A stretch of 32,000 nt of DNA from Prevotella phage Lak-A1: the sequence record MK250016.1, one strand, 5' to 3'. The position numbers were made by a program, and so were the translations under genes. The notes under the pieces were generated by a model. The model worked only from the letters and a program-made list of their open reading frames with translations. It searched no databases and had not been told where the DNA came from. Position 1 is the stretch's first letter. The number at the start of each line of letters is the position of its first letter. Positions 18,215 to 26,108 of the stretch are shown piece after piece.

Positions 18215-19105
18215 TTATATTATATCAAATTTTGAAAATATATCATAATTTATTTTATTTGGATATTCTCCATATTTCTATGTCCATATATTAATCTTAT
18301 TTTTTAATTCATCTAATGATATATCACATTTTATACTTTTTGATGCATTTAAGCTATGCTACATTAACTAACAATTTGCTGGATGTGATATTAAATAAGG
18401 ACCTATTAATTCTTTATATCCTTCATTACGTGAAAATATATGATCTCTAGAAACACCATTTAAATTATTACCTGCATTTTTTGGTTTATACCAGCCATAT
18501 AATGTTATTTGATTAAAATCAAATTCTTTTGGATAACTATTTAATGCAAATTTAAATTTACACTAATTATTATATAACTATTTTAAAGTTTTATTTTCAA
18601 CACGATAACGGCTATTATGTGCACATGAATTACTACAAAATTTCTATTTTCTTCTCTTACTTTCAAATACTTTTCCGCAATATTCACATATATGAATATG
18701 TGTTGCATGTATTGCACATGTTGTATTTGTTACATGTTTTGTATATTTTATATTATTACATTTATTTGATAATGTTTTAGAAATTTTCTAATTTTTCTAA
18801 TTTAAATTTGTATGTGCATTCGTTAATTTTCTTGCGCACTATGTTGAACATGTCTACTTATACTTATTTAATGCATACATATTTGGAGTAACATATACTT
18901 TATATTCATTATTACATATAACACAATTACATGTATATTCTTTACGTTTACGGTGATTATGCATTTTTTCTTTTGTATTCTAAAGTATTTCTTCATACTT
19001 TGGATTTTTATTACACCAACGTACATGATTTGCATATGACTTTATATTCATATACTAAGTTTCTCCACAATAAGGACACTTCTTTTCAATTTTTAATAAT
19101 TCCAT
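18215..19105 (-). CDS. HNH-family homing endonuclease with N-terminal zinc fingers; many in-frame TAGs
   Basis: Recoded 891 nt: MELLKIEKKCPYCGETQYMNIKSYANHVRWC...CEYCGKVFESKRRKQKFCSNSCAHN...NLNGVSRDHIFSRNEGYKELIGPYLISHPANCQLMQHSLNASKS... TAA. Confidence 0.85.
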
Positions 19106-19552
19106 ATTTTTTAACTTTATTTTTAAAAGGTGACTGGAATCACCTTTATATTATATTATTTATTAATAATTAAATAAAGTTAGATAAACCTGGAATTCGT
19201 TTATCAAATGGTTCCAGCCATCTGTCCTTTATTTAATGTATTAAATATTTCTCTGTTTTAAGAGTAATATTTATATTTGAAAAACATTATATTGTCTATT
19301 CAAATAATAAAAAATTGTTCACATAGGCGGATTCGAACACACCTTCTTAGATTTCATTGTGCCATTCCAATTTCATTCTTCACCTACTCTGGACATCAAG
19401 ACCTTTTCTTTTGGCTTCTATCGGACACATTATTTTTATAATCAAATAATGGAGGTCCTGCACTTTTATTCGCATTTCAACTTCACTACTCTCTTCTTTT
19501 ACCTCCATCAGCATTCAGTTTTACCATAGCTAAACTATATGTGAACACATAG

Positions 19553-19627
19553 TAGGTTATGAGGAACTCGAATCCCCGACCCTCGCTGTGTAAAAGCGAT
19601 GCTCTAAACCGACTGAGCTAATAACCT
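19553..19627 (-). tRNA. tRNA-Val(TAC)
   Basis: AGGTTAT/ATAACCT, TCGCT-TTTACAC-AGCGA, GGGGA-TTCGAGT-TCCTC. Confidence 0.9.
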
Positions 19628-19772
19628 AAAGTAGTATACTGCTTTCCCAAGTGGTATACTATGAAATAATTCACAAATCCGATTTTATGAATTTAAAAAT
19701 TAAATAGTTAATTAGGGTGGATTTGCACTTCCCTTACTCCATAGCTAAATGTTAATGATGGACCCTTCTTAC

Positions 19773-19811
19773 TAATGAATAAAAGAAAATTGCGCAAGTT
19801 TTTATTCATTA
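19773..19811. repeat. Hairpin with 12-bp perfect stem
   Basis: TAATGAATAAAA / TTTTATTCATTA around gaaaattgcgcaagt. Confidence 0.7.
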
Positions 19812-19983
19812 ATATGTTTAGTTCTACATAACGTAGCTCTCTACTTACCGTTAAACTTCGTTACTATTTAATTAAAAACGTTTAAAAATATATTCAGAAA
19901 TTTAATATATATTCGCCTCGACGATACTATCTGAATATAGAAGGTCATAACCTTTATATATACTAAATCATATTTTTAAATTG

Positions 19984-20147
19984 CGGGAATAGAGGGAATC
20001 GAACCCACGCCCAGAGATTAGCTACATAAATTGGATTCGAACCAATTAAACTTTATAAAGTATGATACCCAACAGCATTATGTAGTTTAATTTAATCAGG
20101 TTGTTTCCTGTATACAGTCTCTCGCTCGACCTTCGAGCTATATTCCC
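19984..20147 (-). tRNA. Interrupted tRNA (GTA or GTT, depending on splice point) with ~93-nt anticodon-loop insert
   Basis: 5' exon GGGAATATAGCTCGAAGGTCGAGCGAGAGACTGTA; 3' exon AATCTCTGGGCGTGGGTTCGATTCCCTCTATTCCCG; acceptor GGGAATA/TATTCCC and anticodon stem AGAGA/TCTCT pair across the insert. Confidence 0.75.
20020..20112 (-). other. tRNA-embedded insert C (hairpin, linker, tRNA-like domain 20022-20085)
   Basis: CAGG-AAACAA-CCTG hairpin, ATTAAATTAAA linker, CTACATA...TATGTAG acceptor-like, short D-like and ACTT-TATA-AAGT arms, ATTGG-TTCGAAT-CCAAT T arm. Confidence 0.75.
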
Positions 20148-20593
20148 AACTTTTGCATTAAGGTCAGCAAACCACACATCTCGCCGTCATATAAGCATCC
20201 ACGATTACTATCGTTCCATGTATACAACCAATCATGCCTGTGCGACTATTTGTTCTATTCGGCTCGTGGCGATATTCTTTTCGAAAGCAATAGCAAATAT
20301 TAAAAGGACTTTAATATTCTATAATATCGCCTGATGCACTTTGGACAAGCAGTATAATATAAGAAATCTTATATATAGCCTGATATATTTCAATCATATT
20401 TTTCTTTGGCAGCATCATTCTATAAATTCATATAATTATTGTTTTCTTCCTCACATAAGTAAAATACTTATGAAGTTACTTTTCAATAAAGTTCATAGTA
20501 TATCTGATTAACTTTTCAGTAACAGAAACATTTATTATATGAATAACATTTATATTTGTCTATCAAAATTTCAAAGAACAATATATTTTTTAA

Positions 20594-20640
20594 TTAACAA
20601 TACAAAGATACATCTTTATTTTGAATTAAAAAAATATTCA
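20594..20640 (-). promoter_or_regulatory. Phage/Bacteroidota-type promoter with TATCTTTG (-7-like) box, followed by boxA-like GTTCTTTGAA (20570-20579)
   Basis: Minus: TTTTTTTAATTCAAAATAAAGATGTATCTTTGTATTGTTAA. Confidence 0.65.
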
Positions 20641-20710
20641 TTGAAATTTTTGAAATATTTTTTGTTTATTATCAATATATCAAAGAACTAACTAAATGTT
20701 TGTTATTTTA

Positions 20711-20760
20711 TTAACAACACAAAGATACATAATATATTTCAAATAAAAAAATAAGTCTAT
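20711..20760 (-). promoter_or_regulatory. Second copy of promoter, followed by GTTCTTTGATA (20678-20688)
   Basis: Minus: AGACTTATTTTTTTATTTGAAATATATTATGTATCTTTGTGTTGTTAA. Confidence 0.65.
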
Positions 20761-20775
20761 AAAAAATTGATATTT

Positions 20776-21024
20776 TTATTTAAGTTTTATAATTGTATCT
20801 TCTTTAATAGAACGTCTAACCCATCTCATTAGAATTATTGCTCTATCATAATGTGGTAAGAATGAAGCAGTTTCACCTACATCATGTTTATCTGATAAAT
20901 CGATTTCAAACTAATATACATGATTATCAGTTGATGTAATATTATAAACTGCAATTCCTCCAGCATTCATACAAACAAGGTCTGCTGTACCTTTAACTAA
21001 AATTTTTAAATCAATGTTTTCCAT
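20776..21024 (-). CDS. Hypothetical protein, 82 aa, one in-frame TAG
   Basis: MENIDLKILVKGTADLVCMNAGGIAVYNITSTDNHVY(Q)FEIDLSDKHDVGETASFLPHYDRAIILMRWVRRSIKEDTIIKLK TAA. Confidence 0.75.
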
Positions 21025-21048
21025 TTTTAATTAATTTTCTTTTTTTAG

Positions 21049-21121
21049 TTGGGGTGGTGGGAGTTGAACCCACTACCAGAATTTTATAAGAATTCCACTC
21101 TAACCGTTGAGTTACACCCCA
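21049..21121 (-). tRNA. tRNA-Ile(TAT)
   Basis: TGGGGTG/CACCCCA, GAATT-CTTATAA-AATTC, GTGGG-TTCAACT-CCCAC. Confidence 0.9.
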
Positions 21122-21311
21122 ATATGGGATGTTCCTAAATATAATACAACATTATATCATTAAACATATAGGAACATAATTTCTATTGTTAATCCTATAT
21201 ATAATAATGTATATAAGATCAACAATTATAATATTCGATACTTATGTATATGTCGTATTAAATTTGTCATAACTTTATTCTTATAAAATTTGTTTGTATT
21301 CTTTTAATTTG

Positions 21312-21402
21312 CACACAGAGAAGGATTCGAACCCTCGAACAGACTGTTAAATCCGTTATTGGTTTTGGAGACCAACTGCATCAACCACTCGCACATCTGT
21401 GT
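21312..21402 (-). tRNA. Type II-bodied tRNA with CCA (Trp) anticodon
   Basis: ACACAGA/TCTGTGT with G73, TTGGT-CTCCAAA-ACCAA, variable arm AACGGA-TTTAACAG-TCTGTT, GAGGG-TTCGAAT-CCTTC. Confidence 0.85.
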
Positions 21403-21506
21403 ATTATGTATATAATAAATGAAAAAATCTTGAAACTCTCTGATTATGCAGAATGTTTCAAGATTTTAATATATTAATCGTTATTTATATTACACTATTC
21501 AACGTA

Positions 21507-21686
21507 TTAACTATTCACAATATCTCGTAACATACATGCACAACGTACTTGTTCATACCAATTAAATGAATCGGCATAAATATCCACGTTATTTTTATAT
21601 ATGTTATTAAATTGTCTCATAGTTTTTTGTCTTTTAAAATTATTTTCTTTATTATATATATCTAAATTTTTTTCAAAAGTCTTCAT
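21507..21686 (-). CDS. Small hypothetical protein, 59 aa
   Basis: MKTFEKNLDIYNKENNFKRQKTMRQFNNIYKNNVDIYADSFNWYEQVRCACMLRDIVNS TAA. Confidence 0.6.
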   Translation of the reverse strand: MKTFEKNLDIYNKENNFKRQKTMRQFNNIYKNNVDIYADSFNWYEQVRCACMLRDIVNS

Positions 21687-21712
21687 TTTTGAGAACTTTT
21701 TTTCAAAAAATA

Positions 21713-22423
21713 TTAATTTTTTTTAATTTTCTTTATAGTAATCTTTATTTTCTCTATTAATGATTCTAATTTATGAATACGATCACCTGTATAAAAAGTA
21801 ATATAATCATCCAATAGTTTCTTTTCTGTAGACATTACCATAATTCGATTTTTAAAAAATTCTCCATAATTTCTATTTGACTCAAATTCTGTACAATGTT
21901 CTACACTATAATCATGATCATATATTTTATATGTTGATTCTGTTCTACCTGCACATATTTTTGGTTCCCATTCATATATAGATTTATGAATTAAACAACA
22001 CTGATATGGTTTTACATCTTTATCATCAGATATACAGCGCCAATATGTTCTAAAATTATTATATAAACTTCTTTGCATACCTGCTGCATAATGTCTAGAT
22101 TTATATGCAATACCTCTATCTACAATAATCTTATTATCTTTATATTCTGATTCTGAATTTCTTTCTAATACCACATAATAAACTGGAATATCTTTATAAT
22201 TCACATTATAATTATGACTTATTAATGATAGCTCTTTATCACCTGCATAACATTCTGGTGATAATAATCCATCTAATTTATATTCATTAAAATAATCTGG
22301 ATAACTATTTTTAAGTTCATCCAGATTATTTGAATATATAAAATCAAGAGAATCAAATCGATTATGTAATTTATCATTTACAAATAAACAGAATCTCCAT
22401 CTATATAATTCGTTAATATCCAT
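21713..22423 (-). CDS. Hypothetical protein
   Basis: 236-aa ORF. Confidence 0.75.
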   Translation of the reverse strand: MDINELYRWRFCLFVNDKLHNRFDSLDFIYSNNLDELKNSYPDYFNEYKLDGLLSPECYAGDKELSLISHNYNVNYKDIPVYYVVLERNSESEYKDNKIIVDRGIAYKSRHYAAGMQRSLYNNFRTYWRCISDDKDVKPYQCCLIHKSIYEWEPKICAGRTESTYKIYDHDYSVEHCTEFESNRNYGEFFKNRIMVMSTEKKLLDDYITFYTGDRIHKLESLIEKIKITIKKIKKN

Positions 22424-22436
22424 ATAAAATATTCAT

Positions 22437-23000
22437 TTAATCCATATTTAACTTATCTACAATAATACCACACTCTTCAAGAAGTTTGATACCAGCATCA
22501 CTTTTATAGTTATTTAAATAAACAACACGTGATACTTCTGACTGTACCAAAAGTTTTGCACAATGAATACATGGAGATAAGGTTACATATACAGTACCAC
22601 CTTTTGCAGATGAATTATATTTTGCAAGTTTTGTAATTGCATTACTTTCTGCATGCAATGTAATATCTTTTGTAATAAGTCTAAAACCAGGCATCATACC
22701 TTTATTGATATTACGATACTGTACAAGAATCTCTTCCTGTTTTTTCTTATCATGATAAGATTCAGAAGTTTCAAGTGTTGTATGTTCACCTGTATTAATA
22801 TTATAGATTTCTTCACAAATATTCGGCATACCAATAGGCATACCATTAAAGCCCTGTGAAATAACCTGATCATCCTTTGAAACAACAATACAACCTACCT
22901 GTTTCTTAATAGCATATGACAAATTACTCATAGCAATAGCCATATTCATATATGCAACATCAAATTCATGCTGTCTTTCTTTAGATGATTTCTGTACCAT
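22437..23000 (-). CDS. dCMP deaminase family protein
   Basis: HAESNAITKLA and SPCIHCAKLLVQSEVSRVVY zinc motifs; VGCIVVSKDDQVISQGFNGMP. Confidence 0.9.
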   Translation of the reverse strand: MVQKSSKERQHEFDVAYMNMAIAMSNLSYAIKKQVGCIVVSKDDQVISQGFNGMPIGMPNICEEIYNINTGEHTTLETSESYHDKKKQEEILVQYRNINKGMMPGFRLITKDITLHAESNAITKLAKYNSSAKGGTVYVTLSPCIHCAKLLVQSEVSRVVYLNNYKSDAGIKLLEECGIIVDKLNMD

Positions 23001-23031
23001 ATCTTTATATTTTTAATTGTTTATTACTAAA

Positions 23032-23085
23032 TTAACAATACAAAGATACATATTATTTTTGGATTAAAAAAATAATTTAAAACTT
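23032..23085 (-). promoter_or_regulatory. Third copy of TATCTTTG promoter, upstream of dCMP deaminase
   Basis: Minus: ATTATTTTTTTAATCCAAAAATAATATGTATCTTTGTATTGTTAA. Confidence 0.7.
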
Positions 23086-23378
23086 ATTTTCAATACATTA
23101 TTAAATAAAATGTGGTCCAACCGATTTTCACAAACAGACTGGACCCGATAGTTAAAAATAAATTTTAAATTACGTTATTGATTATATTATTTATTATTAA
23201 AAACATCAAAAGTTTAAGTTTTTAATAATTATTTTTTATAAATATTTCATTTTTTAATAAAGTAATTCTATATCTATATGAATATAATATACTTCATTCG
23301 TTTCGCAATCTTCCCATTTAAGTTTTGAAACTTTCTTTACTTTAACTGAATGGTTATCCTTCAGTCTCAATGCATTCA

Positions 23379-23945
23379 TTACTTCATCCATGGTAAAATC
23401 AAATTATTATTATCATCAATAAAACCATTAAGTTTAAAATATTTTATTTCATCTTCATTAGTACATGTTTTCAATTGGAAAACTAACATATCCTTTGCAA
23501 ATGAAATACATTCATTAAGCTTGTTTATTTCGTCTGTATCGTCCGATTTTATTCCAGATAGAAAATTATATAGGCGCAAAGAAAATGTCTTGTTACAGAG
23601 AAATCTACCATCTTTTAACAATGATGTTTTGTCATCAGAATTGATATATGATGTGATAACATAAATAAACATATCTCTTTCTTCTTCTGATATAAAATCA
23701 TTTACTTTAGTGTCTTCAATAATAGATAATATATTTTTTAGTAATGTGTCTGTATAGAATCTATTATATGGATTAAAAATACGGCTATAAATAAATTTTT
23801 TATTATCTATATCACAATGATACCCATTACAAGCTAACCAACAATTTCCAAGATTACCACAAAAACTACAATAATCACAAATCTTTCCGTCATTATCGAG
23901 TACTTCATAATACTCATTTTTCGATAACTTTAATATTTTATTCAT
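23379..23945 (-). CDS. Hypothetical protein with CSFCGNLGNCWLAC-type cysteine cluster
   Basis: 188-aa ORF. Confidence 0.7.
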   Translation of the reverse strand: MNKILKLSKNEYYEVLDNDGKICDYCSFCGNLGNCWLACNGYHCDIDNKKFIYSRIFNPYNRFYTDTLLKNILSIIEDTKVNDFISEEERDMFIYVITSYINSDDKTSLLKDGRFLCNKTFSLRLYNFLSGIKSDDTDEINKLNECISFAKDMLVFQLKTCTNEDEIKYFKLNGFIDDNNNLILPWMK

Positions 23946-23959
23946 ATTATTCTTAATAA

Positions 23960-26086
23960 TTAAGGTAATTCATTTTCTATTTCATTTATTAATGAAGCAT
24001 TATCTTTATCAGGTACATGCTCTTCACAATATGGACATATCCATCCTCGTGTCATATACTTTGCATCTTTACCACAAACAATGCAAGTCTTATATGAAAT
24101 ATCTTCATATTTGTTTATTATATTAAATATTTCTTGCGTATCACCTTCTGAATACCATCTCAAACTATTACCGCACCACACACCTTTACCATTTCTTCTA
24201 ATATATAAAATATGATTAGGTATTGTTACACAATATACATTTCCTATATATGGAATATATGATTCTTCAAAGTTTTTAATATTTTTTACTTTTGAATAAT
24301 CAATCTCTACCTCTGTTTTCTTTAACCAATTTATATTATATGACTGGTAATTTGGTTTTATTAAATGTTTTTTATAATAATGTGGTTCACGTTTATTACG
24401 TATAAAAACTCTAAATGAATATTCTGATTTTAATAATAACTCACATACATCATCGCTTAACTGTTTTGATATAGTTGTTAATATATTACTTGTTTTTGAT
24501 AAATATCCATCACCTATATACAAATATGTTAAAAATTCTTCTATATATGATGGTGGTAAATCAAATATAAAATTTGGTACTTTTTTATTTAATGCTTTAT
24601 GACCGCAATTTTCTTTAAGCCATATTGCTAAAGGAGCATTACTAAAATGTTTTAAACCATTATTCTTAGTAGAACATTTAAATCCTATATCATTAATTAA
24701 TTTTGTGACTAATTCATTTTCTTTATACTTATTATAAGATACTGTTATATCTGAACCTGTACCATGTGTATATGATGTATACCCTTCTGCTATATAAAAT
24801 CCTAAAAAACGTAAAAATGAATGTATTTCTATTTCAGGACCTATTAATGTATATGTTCTATTAAAAATTTTTCCTGCACTTGATTTTGACTTATTTATAT
24901 AAGTATAATCTGGTATTTTAAATATATCTTTTGGAATTGTACCAACCCAATTACATCCTTTTTTAAATCTCTTATCTTTTTTAAAGTATTTATATGTATC
25001 ACATAACTCAAATGGGTATATACGTTTTTCATTTGTTTTTGGATGATAATAAGATCCTTTTGCAATATATAAATTATGATTTGGGGTAACAAATAAATCT
25101 ATACCTCTATTACATAATTTATACATATTACCTGTATAACTATAATTTATTATATCAGTTGGTTGTTGATATATTAAATTATCATTATTATCTAATGTTG
25201 CAAATTCATCTAAATATGAAACATCTTTAAAAAATTTCCAACCTGATTTTGTTAATACTTCTGTTTGTTCATCATAACACCCAAATTTCTCCTTAATTTG
25301 CATTATTCTATAATTAAATAATAACTTAATACCTTTAATATATGCTATTAAATATTTTATAGAATACTTATGAATATCTTTTGTATATTCATGTAATAAA
25401 GCTGTTTTTATTTCTCTACATATATCTTCACCAAATTTTATACGCCAGCCAGTTTCCATTGCATCTAATTCTGTATAAGTCGGCAATATATAAAATATTC
25501 CTAAAAATGTATTTAGTTTACGTAACAAATATATTTTCGTATGAGCAAATTTTGTAAGATTTACAGATATATTATTAAGTTTATACTTTACATTATCATT
25601 TTCTATATCATCTACTGTTTTAACAGAAACATAAATATACGGTTTAATAATTTCACCACCTAATGTCTTATATTTAGTTATATAAAATAAAGCATTATTT
25701 ACTATATGATACTTATCTAAATTATATACAGTATTTGAAATTATCTTATTATTTGCTTTATTTCTAACTTCAATCTCTATAGAACAGTTTGGAATATTAT
25801 GATGTCTAAGAATAATTGTAGTTTCCTGATATTCAAATATAGGTGTTAATTTCCGCTCTTTATTATCCTTAATATCTAATACTTTCTTACATTCTTCTGT
25901 GAACTTATCATTTTCCATTATATTTAAAGGAATTGATAATATACCAAATGTTCTTAATTCATGTATTTTATTTGATATTATTCTATTTGTATAATGTTCA
26001 TCTGTAAATCTATTACGAGGATATAAGAATGGATATTTAATACACAACCATGTATTTTTTAATATCTATTTAAAATTAGTTTTCAT
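23960..26086 (-). CDS. Conserved phage protein (IKEKFG//SLRWYSEG ... CxxC zinc site), intein-containing; start extended upstream through TAG
   Basis: Upstream in-frame MKTNFK(TAG)ILKNTWLCIKYPF...; C-terminal extein SLRWYSEG...CIVCGKDAKYMTRGWICPYCEEH. Confidence 0.85.
24167..25279 (-). mobile_element. Intein (371 aa) with LAGLIDADG homing endonuclease
   Basis: N-terminus CYDEQTEVLTKSGWKFFKDV; DOD motifs LRFLGFYIAEGY and YLTYLYIGDGY; C-terminal block ...VYCVTIPNHILYIRRNGKGVWCGN followed by Ser+1. Confidence 0.92.
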
Positions 26087-26108
26087 AATAGTTTATTTTT
26101 TATATTAT

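Noticed and set aside
16999-19544. tmRNA (ssrA) as explanation for the long-range split tRNA-like loci, prompted by the presence of smpB
   Set aside because: I could not find a plausible tag reading frame (e.g. ending Ala-Ala stop) or the characteristic GGATTCGAC 5' D-region. Not excluded elsewhere in the genome.
19705-19780. tRNA-like locus around agggtggatttgcacttcccttactcc
   Set aside because: The apparent T loop (TGCAAAT) has at least two mismatches in the stem, and no convincing acceptor partner was found.
12369-20112. Group I or group II introns as explanation for the tRNA inserts
   Set aside because: The inserts are only 79-114 nt and show no recognisable P3-P9/P7 or domain V elements by eye. 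They are dominated by a tRNA-like fold instead. Infernal would settle this.
11478-20334. Plus-strand ORFs in the tRNA region (11478-11714, 12190-12420, 12790-13191, 14232-14477, 16384-16584, 17788-17985, 18931-19173, 20101-20334)
   Set aside because: They overlap minus-strand tRNAs or recoded endonuclease genes. Their peptides carry antisense tRNA signatures (e.g. 'GFEPTTC', 'RQDSNLR'), so they are spurious.
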